NCBI GenBank assembly: GCA_019113345.1
Contig: DXHQ01000100.1
Location: forward strand, 8,445 to 72,444
From: Candidatus Faecalibacterium intestinigallinarum
GTDB taxonomy: Bacteria > Bacillota > Clostridia > Oscillospirales > Ruminococcaceae
DNA: 64,000 bases
Direction of reading: 5' to 3'
Shown: one piece after another, positions 36,548 to 45,510 of the stretch
Layout of the letters: the number at the start of each line of letters is the position of its first letter
Numbering within the stretch: position 1 is the first letter of the stretch
Notes under the pieces: generated by a model
Database searches by the model: none
The model's input: only the letters and a program-made list of their open reading frames with translations
What the model was told of the DNA's origin: nothing
Translations under genes and position numbers: made by a program

Positions 36548-37648
36548 TCATATCAGAGGCCAAAATTCTTCCACCAGCAGATCGACGCAGGCGCCGTAGC
36601 TCTGCATCCCCAGCTCCTGGCCGTAGCTTTGGAGGAAGCTGTCGTAGACCGCCTCCCCCACCTCCCGGACCGGGCCCTCCCAGGACGCCCAGTAGGCGTT
36701 GTTCAGGTCAAAGTCGGCGCGGGCGGCGGCGGGCAGTTCGGCCATGCAGGCCGCCGCGGCCGCCGGGTCGGCCCGGTAGAGGGCGTTGGACAGGTGCAGG
36801 TAGCCGTACAGCCACCCCGAGTAGACGTAGGCGGGGCGGCCGCTTGCGATGGACGCCATGATGCCCACAAAGTTTGCCTCCTGTTCGGCGGCGACGCCCC
36901 GCTGGTGGGCATACTCGTGGGCGATGGTCACCGGCAGGAACACCTCGGGGCAGTCGACGTTGAGGGTGCTCTCCCCGGTCAGGGGGCAGAGGTAGCCGGT
37001 AAAGCCCCAGGCGCTCATCAGTTTGGAGTAAAACGCGGGTTTGGCCCGGCGGTCGGGCCCGGTCAGGAAGGCCCAGCGTTCGGTCAGGCCGTCGTAGAGG
37101 CCGGCCGTGCTCTCCTGCGCCATGATCTCGCTGCGGGGCACCGCGAAGCGGCCCGCTTCGTCCCGGGGGACGGCGTCCGCACAGGCGGCCACCTGCCGGC
37201 CAAAGTAGCGGGTCACCGCTTCCAGCTGCTGCGCGCTGACCGGGGATGCGGTCATGCCGGCCTTTTCGGCAAAGCTCTCGGCGTAATACTGGGTGCCCCA
37301 GAGGGCGCAGACCCCCCAGTAGCCCCAGAGCAGCAGGACGGCCAGATGGAGCGCAAAGGCCCCAAGGGCGGCGGGGCGGCCGTGGGCGGTCAGCCAGACC
37401 GCACGGCCGAGCAGGGCCAGCGCCCCCAGGATGAGCAGGGTGGCACCCGCCTCACAGACGCTGAAGGGCAGCGGGTCGCAGACTGCGCCGAGGGCCCGCT
37501 TGACCGGCATCGAGACCTTTTCGACCCACCAGTCCATGGCCGGGCGGCTGGAACGGGCCAGCCAGAAAACGGCCAGCGCCAGCAGCGCCCCCGCCAGGCC
37601 GGCCAGCGCCGCCCGGTGGGCCGTCAGGAACCCTTTCAGCCCGCTCAA
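36548..37648 (-). CDS. DUF3810-family membrane protein (putative zinc metallopeptidase)
   Basis: N-terminal TM helices and the HEYAHQRG motif typical of DUF3810; 366 aa. Its start overlaps the upstream epimerase stop by 4 nt. Confidence 0.75.
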   Translation of the reverse strand: MSGLKGFLTAHRAALAGLAGALLALAVFWLARSSRPAMDWWVEKVSMPVKRALGAVCDPLPFSVCEAGATLLILGALALLGRAVWLTAHGRPAALGAFALHLAVLLLWGYWGVCALWGTQYYAESFAEKAGMTASPVSAQQLEAVTRYFGRQVAACADAVPRDEAGRFAVPRSEIMAQESTAGLYDGLTERWAFLTGPDRRAKPAFYSKLMSAWGFTGYLCPLTGESTLNVDCPEVFLPVTIAHEYAHQRGVAAEQEANFVGIMASIASGRPAYVYSGWLYGYLHLSNALYRADPAAAAACMAELPAAARADFDLNNAYWASWEGPVREVGEAVYDSFLQSYGQELGMQSYGACVDLLVEEFWPLI

Positions 37649-38532
37649 CGGTCAAAGGTGGTGCGCAGGGTGGTCTCCCACCGCTCGCCCGGGGCCAGGA
37701 TGGCGGCCGCGGCGCGCTTGCGCCAGGACGGTCCGTCCGCCTCGGCGGCGGGCAGGCTGTGCCAGGGCTCGATGCAGACAAAGCGCATGGGGGCGCTGGC
37801 GGCGCTCCAGATCAGGGTATAAGGATAGTCGGCGATGTCGCAGACGATGCTGCGGCCGGTGTCCTTCTCGTAGAGGCCGAGGGTCTTGCTGCGCAGCCCC
37901 GCCATGCAGAAGCTGTCGTTGTCGAACATATGCTCTTCGAGCTGGATGGCGGCGGCGTTCTTCCACTGATAGTAGCATTTGCCGCTCAGCAGCCCGTTGG
38001 GGCGGGCGTCCAGAATGACCGGGCTCTCGGGCCGGTCAAAGCGGAACTCGTAGTCGGCCAGGGTGTGCTGCTCGTCGAAGGGAACGTTGAAGGCCGGGTG
38101 ATAGCCGATGCCGAAGGGCAGCGGCTCGGCCGCATCGGCGGGGTTTTCGACGGTCAGGGTGTGCAGCACCGTCCTGCCTTCCAGCCGGAAGGTGCTGGTC
38201 AGGACAAAATCATACGGGAAACGGCCGGCCTTGATCTCCTCGTCCGAGCGCAGCTCCAGCCGGATGGCGTCGGGGCCCTCTTCCAGCAGGGTGTGCTCCA
38301 GGTCGCGGGCAAAGCCGTGCTGGCCGCCCTTGTAGCTCTTGCCGGCGTGGGTCAGGATGCCTCCCGCCAGCTTGCCCGTCCAGGGGAAGAGGATGGGCGC
38401 GTGCCGCCCCCAGACCGATTTGTCGGCCTGCCAGAGCATCTCCTGCCCGGCGGCGTTCCGGACGCTGACGGCCTCGGCGCCGTGGGTGTCCACGGTCAGG
38501 GTCAGAAATTCGTTGCGGATGGTTGCCTGCAT
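37645..38532 (-). CDS. aldose 1-epimerase-family protein
   Basis: The start is trimmed to MQATIRNEFLTLTVDTHGAE, with an AGGAGG RBS. Motifs PILFPWTGKL, GQHGFAR, HPAFN and EPW match the YihR/LacX-type mutarotase fold. Confidence 0.8.
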   Translation of the reverse strand: MQATIRNEFLTLTVDTHGAEAVSVRNAAGQEMLWQADKSVWGRHAPILFPWTGKLAGGILTHAGKSYKGGQHGFARDLEHTLLEEGPDAIRLELRSDEEIKAGRFPYDFVLTSTFRLEGRTVLHTLTVENPADAAEPLPFGIGYHPAFNVPFDEQHTLADYEFRFDRPESPVILDARPNGLLSGKCYYQWKNAAAIQLEEHMFDNDSFCMAGLRSKTLGLYEKDTGRSIVCDIADYPYTLIWSAASAPMRFVCIEPWHSLPAAEADGPSWRKRAAAAILAPGERWETTLRTTFDR

Positions 38533-38546
38533 GATGATACCTCCTG

Positions 38547-39530
38547 TTATACGCTCCCACCGGGGAGGAACTGATAGCCTACCAGCTGGGTCTGGCTGAC
38601 CGGCTCGCCCTCGCACATCTTGAGGACGGTGTCGGCGCAGACGCAGGCGGCGGTCTCGACGTCAAAGCGGACGGTGGTCAGCGGCGGCGAGAGCAGCTCG
38701 CTGGTGTCGTAGCCGCCGAAGCCGGCGACCGCGATGTCCTCGGGGATGCGCAGCCCCAGCTCCCGCGCGGCCTTGTAGACGCCGTAGGCGATCCGGTCGG
38801 TGGCGCAGACCAGGGCCTCCGGCCGGTCGGGCCCGGAGAGGATCTCCCTGGCCCGGGCGTAGGCGGTCTCGAAGGTAAAGTCGGCCTCCCAGCAGGGCAT
38901 CTCGGTCACGCCGCCGCCCGCCAGGCCCTTGCGGACCCCTTCCTTCCGCCGGCGTCCGACGGCCTCGTCCGCTTCGGTGACCCAGAGGCAGCCCACCTTC
39001 CGGTAACCGCGCCCCGCCACATAGAGGCCCAGCGCCTCGCCTGCGGCCAGGTCGTCGTTGACCACCGAGGCGCCGCCCTCGAACACCTGCCCCAGAAAGA
39101 CCACCGGGGTGTGCATCCCGGCCACCTGCGTCCGGTGCGCCGGGGTGAGGTAGCTGGCCACCACCACGATGCCGTCCATCCGCATCCGCTCCAGATTGTC
39201 CATGCTGCGCACCTCGAAATCGAGGTCCCCCTCGGTGTTGACAAAGAGAGGGGTGTACCCCTTGGTGCGCAGGTACTTGTCCATCGCGGTCAGGACGCGG
39301 GGGGTGACGGTCGAGTCAAAGCCCGGCAGGATCACCCCGATCATGTTCGAGCGCTTGGCGCTGAGCCGGGCAAAGGGGTTGGCCTTGAAATGATAGTACT
39401 CGACCGCCTCTTTGATCCGGTCATAGTTGCCTTCCCGGATGCTTTTGCCGTTCAAATAACGGGAGACGGTGCTTTTGGACACCCCCGCCCTTTTTGCCAC
39501 ATCGTTGATGGTGGACCGGTGTTCGGCCAT
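38547..39530 (-). CDS. scrR: LacI-family transcriptional repressor (sucrose-operon type)
   Basis: HTH TINDVAKRAGVSKSTVSRYLNG plus a periplasmic-binding-fold effector domain. Divergent from the PTS/GH32 genes. The start is trimmed to the ATG at 39530 (GGAGGAG RBS). Confidence 0.85.
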   Translation of the reverse strand: MAEHRSTINDVAKRAGVSKSTVSRYLNGKSIREGNYDRIKEAVEYYHFKANPFARLSAKRSNMIGVILPGFDSTVTPRVLTAMDKYLRTKGYTPLFVNTEGDLDFEVRSMDNLERMRMDGIVVVASYLTPAHRTQVAGMHTPVVFLGQVFEGGASVVNDDLAAGEALGLYVAGRGYRKVGCLWVTEADEAVGRRRKEGVRKGLAGGGVTEMPCWEADFTFETAYARAREILSGPDRPEALVCATDRIAYGVYKAARELGLRIPEDIAVAGFGGYDTSELLSPPLTTVRFDVETAACVCADTVLKMCEGEPVSQTQLVGYQFLPGGSV

Positions 39531-39688
39531 ATCGGTTCTCCTCCTGCCGGTTGAATCTGTGTGATTGTCCGTTCTTTCTGGGATCAAGGTATAAAAACAC
39601 CTATTGTGGTAGATTGCATCTATTGTAGCACAGCCGCGAACACCAGTCAAATAGAGAATTGCGCTGCTTTTTTTGTACAATTTGATAA

Positions 39689-39698
39689 GAACCGGTTC
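39689..39698. promoter_or_regulatory. candidate LacI-family operator 1
   Basis: Perfect palindrome GAACCGGTTC, extended to TGGAACCGGTTC on the minus strand. Confidence 0.5.
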
Positions 39699-39736
39699 CA
39701 CAAAATTCAGAGATATTTTTTGTTGACGATTACCAG

Positions 39737-39765
39737 TTGACGCTGTATCGTTTATCGCTTATACT
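39737..39765 (+). promoter_or_regulatory. sigma-70-type promoter for scrA-scrB
   Basis: TTGACG-17 nt-TATACT. Operator 2 lies 10 nt downstream of the -10. Confidence 0.5.
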
Positions 39766-39775
39766 ATTGTCAAGC

Positions 39776-39785
39776 GAACCGGTTC
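39776..39785. promoter_or_regulatory. candidate LacI-family operator 2
   Basis: A second GAACCGGTTC palindrome (GAACCGGTTCCA), around the predicted transcription start. Confidence 0.5.
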
Positions 39786-39840
39786 CAATCAAATTTCACC
39801 ACGCCACCACCGGCAGACAGTTTTATCAGGAGGAATGACC

Positions 39841-41274
39841 ATGAGCGCAAAAAACGGCGGCGGCGCTGACAAGCAGCAGCGCTACCTTGAGATCACCCGG
39901 CAGATCGTCGATCTGGTCGGCGGCCAGGACAACATCGTCGCAAGCACCCACTGCGCCACCCGGCTGCGCATCGTGCTGAAGGATTATGAAAAGATCGACC
40001 GCGAAAAGCTGGAAGAGGTCGACCTGGTCAAGGGCCAGTTCATTGCGGGCAACCAGCTGCAGATCATCTTCGGCGCAGGACTGGTGAACGAGATCTACGA
40101 AGTGTTCAGCCAGTACACCGGCACCGCCGGCAGCAGCATGGCCGACGTCAAGGCCGAGGCCGCCAAAAAGATGAACCCCCTGCAGGCCGTCATCAAGTCG
40201 CTGTCCGACGTCTTTGTCGACATCATGCCCGGCATTCTGGCGGCGGCGCTGCTCTCGGGCCTGACCGGCGTGCTCAGCCAGTGGGAGGTGGTCGAATCCA
40301 ACGCCACCCTCTTCGCCATCAACAAGCTGGTCAGCCTGGCGTCCAACGGCATCTTCAGCATCCTGCCGCTGGCGGTCTGCTACTCGGCCTGCAAGCGGTA
40401 CGGCGGCAAGCCCATCCTCGGCCTTGTGATGGGCGCCATCATGCTGGACGGCTCGCTGGCCAACGCCTACGACGCGGCCAAGGGCCTGGTCGACGTCCAG
40501 ACCATCAGCCTCTTCGGCTTTGACATCGAGCTGGTCGGCTTCCAGGGCGGCATCATCATCGCCCTGATGATGGGCTTTGTCATCGCCAAGCTGGACATCT
40601 TCTTTGACAAAAAGATCCCCGACGTGGTCAAGCTGCTGTTCAGCCCCATGTGCTCGGTCCTGATCTCGACCGTCCTGCTCTTTACGGTGGTGGGCCCGGT
40701 CGGCCGGCTGCTGTCCAACGGCATCACCAACGGCCTGGTCTGGATGACCCAGAATCTCGGCGTCCTCGGCTACATGGTCTTTGCGGGGGTGCAGCAGATC
40801 ATCGTCATCACCGGCCTGCACCACATCTTCGGCGCCATCGAGGCGCAGCTGCTCTCCGATACCGGGCGCAACTTCCTCAACCCGCTGATGAGCGTGGCCC
40901 TGATGGGCCAGGGCGGCGCGGTGCTGGGCTACCTCGCCCTCAACTTCAAGAACAACAAGGTCAAGGAGCTGTGCATTCCCTCCTTCATCTCCACCCTCTT
41001 CGGCATTTCGGAGCCCGCCATCTTCGGCGTCAACCTGCGGTATAAGTTCCCGCTGGTGGCCGGCTGCATCGGCGGCGCGGCGGCAGGCGCCTACGCCTTC
41101 TTCACCGACCTGGCGGCCCTGGGCTTCGGCACCACCGCCGTGCCCGGCCTGGCCATCTGCGACCCCGCCAACGGCGGCTACATCAACTACATCATCGCCC
41201 ACCTCATCGCGCTGGGCGTGGGGCTGGCCCTGACCATCGTCTTTGGCAAGGCCGCCGCCAAAAAGCGCGCCTGA
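39841..41274 (+). CDS. scrA: PTS sucrose-type transporter subunit EIIBC
   Basis: EIIB active-site motif HCATRLR followed by a polytopic EIIC domain; no EIIA domain. The ATG at 39841 has better spacing from the AGGAGG RBS than the ATG at 39835. Confidence 0.88.
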   Translation: MSAKNGGGADKQQRYLEITRQIVDLVGGQDNIVASTHCATRLRIVLKDYEKIDREKLEEVDLVKGQFIAGNQLQIIFGAGLVNEIYEVFSQYTGTAGSSMADVKAEAAKKMNPLQAVIKSLSDVFVDIMPGILAAALLSGLTGVLSQWEVVESNATLFAINKLVSLASNGIFSILPLAVCYSACKRYGGKPILGLVMGAIMLDGSLANAYDAAKGLVDVQTISLFGFDIELVGFQGGIIIALMMGFVIAKLDIFFDKKIPDVVKLLFSPMCSVLISTVLLFTVVGPVGRLLSNGITNGLVWMTQNLGVLGYMVFAGVQQIIVITGLHHIFGAIEAQLLSDTGRNFLNPLMSVALMGQGGAVLGYLALNFKNNKVKELCIPSFISTLFGISEPAIFGVNLRYKFPLVAGCIGGAAAGAYAFFTDLAALGFGTTAVPGLAICDPANGGYINYIIAHLIALGVGLALTIVFGKAAAKKRA

Positions 41275-41362
41275 CCCCCGATTTCTCCCGACGACACACC
41301 TATCCGCCCGACCGCCCGAGCCGCGCCCTGCTGCCCGGGCCGTCGGGCTATCAGGAGGCACT

Positions 41363-42811
41363 ATGGAAAACGCACGTTACCCCGACCAGATCGCCCGGAT
41401 GTACGACCGGATGGCCGCCGCGCGGCCCGACCCCTGGCGGCCCGGCTATCACCTGTCCCCCCTCGCGGGCACCCTCGGCGACCCCGACGGCCTGTGCCAG
41501 CGGGACGGCACCTATCATATCTTTTACGTCACCAGTCCCCTCGCCTGCGCCACCAGCCAGCGCACCCCCTGCGTCTGGGGCCACTGCACCACCCGGGACT
41601 TTATCCACTACCGCCGCGAGACGACCGCCCTTTTCCCCGATACCCCCCGCGACCGGGACGGCGTCTACAGCGGCTCGGGCCTGGTGCGGGACGGCCGGCT
41701 CCTTCTCTATTACACCGGCAACGTCCGCCATCCGGGCAATTACGACTATATCCACGCCGGCCGGGAGCAGAACGTCCTGCGGGCCGAGAGCGCCGACGGC
41801 ATCCACTTTGCCCGCAAGACCCTGCTGATGACCAACGACGACTTTCCCGCCTGGGTCACCTGCCATGTCCGGGACCCGCAGGTGATCGAACAGGACGGCC
41901 GGCTCCTGATGCTGCTGGGGGCCCGCACCCAGGCGGACGAGGGCTGCGCCCTGGTCTATGCCAGCGAGGACGGCGAACACTTCCGCCTGGTCCACACCAT
42001 CCGCACCCCCGAGCCCTTCGGCTATATGTGGGAGTGTCCCGACTACGCCGCGCCCGGCGGCCGGCCGCTGCTGCTCTGCTGCCCGCAGGGCGTCCCCCAT
42101 CAGGCCTACGAATACCAGAATCCGCACCAGTGCGGCTGCTTCGAGCTGGAAGGCCGCCTGGACGCCGGCGCCCGGGCCGGGGCTTTCCACTCGTTCGACT
42201 ACGGTTTCGACTACTACGCCGTCCGCAGCCTGCGGGCCGACGACGGCCGCATCCTTCTCTTTGGCTGGATGGGGATGTCGGAAGCCGGCTACGGCCACAA
42301 CCCCACCGCCGCCCGCGGGTGGGATCAGGTGCTCGCCCTGCCGCGGGAGCTGACCTGGGAGAACGGCCGCCCCTGCCAGCGTCCCCTGCGGGAGCTGCGC
42401 GCCCTGCGCGGGGCCTGTCAGCCCGCCGACCCGGCCGCCGGCTGCCGGTGGGACAGCCGCCGGTGCGAACTGGTCCTCCGCCCCGACCCGGGGCAGGACC
42501 TCACCCTCCGCCTGTTTGAGGACGGCCTGCTGGCCTACAGCGCCGCCGGGCAGGTGCTGACCCTCGACCTCTCGGGCGGATGCGGCGCGGGGCGCACCGT
42601 CCGCCGGATGAAGCTGGACCGGCTGGAAACGCTGGACCTGTTCCTGGACGGCTCCACGGTGGAGGCCTTCCTCAACGACGGGGAGGCCGTCCTGACCAGC
42701 CGCATCTTCGGCGAGAGCGCGGCCGTCACGGCCAGCCCCTTTGCCGGCCGGGCCGAATGCTACCCGATGGGCCAATTTGAGATTGAAGACTGCCGGGAGA
42801 ATGGTGTATAA
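41363..42811 (+). CDS. scrB: sucrose-6-phosphate hydrolase (GH32)
   Basis: GH32 motifs WRPGYHLSPLAGTLGDPDG, RDPQV and ECPD. The start is trimmed to the ATG at 41363 with an AGGAGG RBS. Confidence 0.88.
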   Translation: MENARYPDQIARMYDRMAAARPDPWRPGYHLSPLAGTLGDPDGLCQRDGTYHIFYVTSPLACATSQRTPCVWGHCTTRDFIHYRRETTALFPDTPRDRDGVYSGSGLVRDGRLLLYYTGNVRHPGNYDYIHAGREQNVLRAESADGIHFARKTLLMTNDDFPAWVTCHVRDPQVIEQDGRLLMLLGARTQADEGCALVYASEDGEHFRLVHTIRTPEPFGYMWECPDYAAPGGRPLLLCCPQGVPHQAYEYQNPHQCGCFELEGRLDAGARAGAFHSFDYGFDYYAVRSLRADDGRILLFGWMGMSEAGYGHNPTAARGWDQVLALPRELTWENGRPCQRPLRELRALRGACQPADPAAGCRWDSRRCELVLRPDPGQDLTLRLFEDGLLAYSAAGQVLTLDLSGGCGAGRTVRRMKLDRLETLDLFLDGSTVEAFLNDGEAVLTSRIFGESAAVTASPFAGRAECYPMGQFEIEDCRENGV

Positions 42812-42899
42812 TCACTCTTGAAGGCAGAGGGGGCAGGCCCGCCGGGGCCGCCCCCTTTCCTGCGCCACGGGATCGAGACAAGAGAAAGGAACCGCAGCG

Positions 42900-45137
42900 A
42901 TGGCAATCGAATTTCACCGGGAAAGCCAGACTTTCCACCTGCACAACGCTTTCGTCAGCTATATCTTCAAGGTCCTGCCCAGCGGCCATCTGGGCCAGCT
43001 CTATTACGGCAGGGCCATCCATGACCGGCCCGATTTCGACCACCTCTTCGAGACGGCCTACCGCTCGATGTCGGTCTGCTACTTCGACGGGGAACCCGCC
43101 TACTCCCTCGAGCACATCAAGCAGGAGTACCCCACCTGCGGCGCGGGGGATATCCACCTGCCCGCTCTGGACGCCCAGGCTCCGAACGGCAGCCGCCTGC
43201 TCGACCTGCACTACCAGAGCCACACCATCGCGCCGGGCAAGCCGCCCCTCGAAGGGGGCGAGCTGCCCTCCACCTACGTCGAAGCCCCCGAGGAGGCGGC
43301 CACCCTCACCGTCACCCTGGCCGACGGGCTGGCCGGGGTCACCGTCGACCTGGTCTACACCCTCTACGAGGCGCTGCCGGTCATCACCCGGCACGCCGTC
43401 ATCGGCTACACCGGCGAGGGCGCGCTCCGGCTGGACCGGGCCATGAGCTTCTGCCTCGACCTGCCCGACATGGACTACGATATGGTCGAGCTGACCGGCG
43501 CCTGGGCCCGGGAGCGGCACATCGTCACCCGGCCGCTGGCCCACGGGGTGCAGGGGGTCTACTCGCTGCGGGGCTGTTCCAGCCACCACTTCAACCCCTT
43601 CCTCGCCCTCAAGCGGCGCGAGACCACCGAGTTCCTGGGCGAGGTCTACGGCTTCAGCCTGGTCTACAGCGGCAACTTTGCCGCCCAGGCCGACGTCGAC
43701 CCCTACCACGTCACCCGGGTGACCATGGGCATCCACCCGCAGGGCTTCTGCTGGCATCTGCACAGGGGCGAACGGTTCACCACCCCCGAGGCGGTGCTGG
43801 TCTACTCCGACCGGGGGCTGAACGGGATGTCCCAGACCTACCACCAGCTCTACCGCACCCGGCTGGCCCGGGGCGAGTGGCGGGACAAAGTCCGCCCCAT
43901 CCTGGTCAACAACTGGGAGGCCACCTACTTTGACTTCAATGAGGCCAAGCTGCTCTCTCTGGCCGGGGAGGCCAAGCGGCTGGGCATCGAGCTGTTCGTC
44001 CTGGACGACGGCTGGTTCACCGGCCGCAATGACGACCGCGGCGGCCTGGGCGACTGGCAGATCAACTACGGCAAGCTGCCCGACGGCATCCGGGGCTTTG
44101 GCGAAAAGCTGCACGAGATGGGCCTTCTGTTCGGCCTGTGGATCGAACCCGAGATGGTCAACGCCGGCACCGCCCTCTGGAACGAGCACCCCGACTGGGT
44201 GCTGCACGAGCCGGGCCGCCGGCCGCAGCAGGGCCGGTTCCAGTATGTGCTGGACTACTCCAACCCCGCCGTGGTGGACTGGATCTTTGCGCGGCTGTGC
44301 AGCGTGTTGGACGGCGCGCCGGTCGACTACATCAAGTGGGACATGAACCGCAGCATCAGCGACGCTTACTCCTGCGCGGCGGCCGGCAGCGAGCAGGGCG
44401 CCGTCCTGCACCGGTACATCCTGGGGGTCTACCGGCTCTACCGCCTGCTGACCGAGCGGTATCCCCACATCCTGTTCGAGTCCTGTGCGTCGGGCGGGGC
44501 CCGCTTTGACCCGGGGATGCTGGCCTGCGCGCCCCAGTGCTGGACCAGCGACGACACCGACGCGGTCGAGCGGCTGCGCATCCAGTACGGCACCTCCCTG
44601 GTCTACCCCGTCTCCAGCATGGGGGCCCATGTGGCCGCCGCCCCCAACCACCAGGTGGGCCGGATGACCTCCCTGACCATGCGGGCCAACGTGGCCATTT
44701 TCGGCGCCTTCGGCTACGAGCTGGACCTGACCGCCCTTGGCGCGCACGGCCAGGAGCTGGTGGCCCGGCAGGTGGCCTTTGTCAAGCAGCACCGGCAGCT
44801 GCTGCAGTTCGGCACCTTTTGGCGGCTCCAGAGCCCCTTTGCGGGCAACGAGGCCGCCTGGATGACGGTCGCGCCCGACCGGAGCGCCGCTCTTGTGGCG
44901 CAGTACCTCATTTTGCAGGAGGTCAACGCCGGATACCGCCGGCTGCGGCTGGCCGGCCTCGACCCCGACCGGCTGTACCGGGTCACCCGGCTGGGCAGCG
45001 GCGCCCGGGCGGCGGGCCAGCCCATCACCGCCTGCGGCGACGAGCTGATGCGCGCCGGCCTTGTCACCACCGACGAGGACCCCGCCTCGGAAGGCGACTT
45101 TGTCTCCCGCCTCTACCTGCTCGAAACCGCCGAATGA
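42900..45137 (+). CDS. alpha-galactosidase (GH36)
   Basis: 745 aa. Motifs VNNWEATYFDFN, ELFVLDDGWF, KWDMNR and CASGGARFD are typical of GH36 AgaA/RafA-type enzymes. Confidence 0.92.
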   Translation: MAIEFHRESQTFHLHNAFVSYIFKVLPSGHLGQLYYGRAIHDRPDFDHLFETAYRSMSVCYFDGEPAYSLEHIKQEYPTCGAGDIHLPALDAQAPNGSRLLDLHYQSHTIAPGKPPLEGGELPSTYVEAPEEAATLTVTLADGLAGVTVDLVYTLYEALPVITRHAVIGYTGEGALRLDRAMSFCLDLPDMDYDMVELTGAWARERHIVTRPLAHGVQGVYSLRGCSSHHFNPFLALKRRETTEFLGEVYGFSLVYSGNFAAQADVDPYHVTRVTMGIHPQGFCWHLHRGERFTTPEAVLVYSDRGLNGMSQTYHQLYRTRLARGEWRDKVRPILVNNWEATYFDFNEAKLLSLAGEAKRLGIELFVLDDGWFTGRNDDRGGLGDWQINYGKLPDGIRGFGEKLHEMGLLFGLWIEPEMVNAGTALWNEHPDWVLHEPGRRPQQGRFQYVLDYSNPAVVDWIFARLCSVLDGAPVDYIKWDMNRSISDAYSCAAAGSEQGAVLHRYILGVYRLYRLLTERYPHILFESCASGGARFDPGMLACAPQCWTSDDTDAVERLRIQYGTSLVYPVSSMGAHVAAAPNHQVGRMTSLTMRANVAIFGAFGYELDLTALGAHGQELVARQVAFVKQHRQLLQFGTFWRLQSPFAGNEAAWMTVAPDRSAALVAQYLILQEVNAGYRRLRLAGLDPDRLYRVTRLGSGARAAGQPITACGDELMRAGLVTTDEDPASEGDFVSRLYLLETAE

Positions 45138-45182
45138 CCCCAAATGCCCCCGCCAAAGTGTCCGACGAGGTCAAATTGTCAA

Positions 45183-45366
45183 AAATAGTCCCGCCCGGAT
45201 GACATGTGCATACGGGCGGGACACATACAGGAAAATTTGGCGCAGAGAGTGTGCGAGGCTATAAAGCCGAGTGCGCGGTTCTGCGCCAAATTTTGTCCCC
45301 AGGGGGATATTAGGGGGAAAGAATTTCTGACCCGCGTATGCGGGCAGAAATGGGTTCCCCCTAAAG
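45183..45366. repeat. copy B of the ~180-bp multi-hairpin repeat
   Basis: Collinear with 30571-30755. Helices: 45188-97/45213-22, the AAATTTGGCGCAGA/TCTGCGCCAAATTT pair, and 45311-19/45355-63 with nested stems. Confidence 0.85.
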
Positions 45367-45510
45367 CGTGGCGCTTTTGCGACACGCTGAAAGGCCCCCG
45401 CCGATCTCTCAGGCGGGGGCTTTCTGCTGCCCGGACGGAGGCTTGTGACAGCGTCGTTCTCTTTCGCATACGCTGGTGCAAGACAATCCATCAGCAAAGG
45501 AGCATCCACT

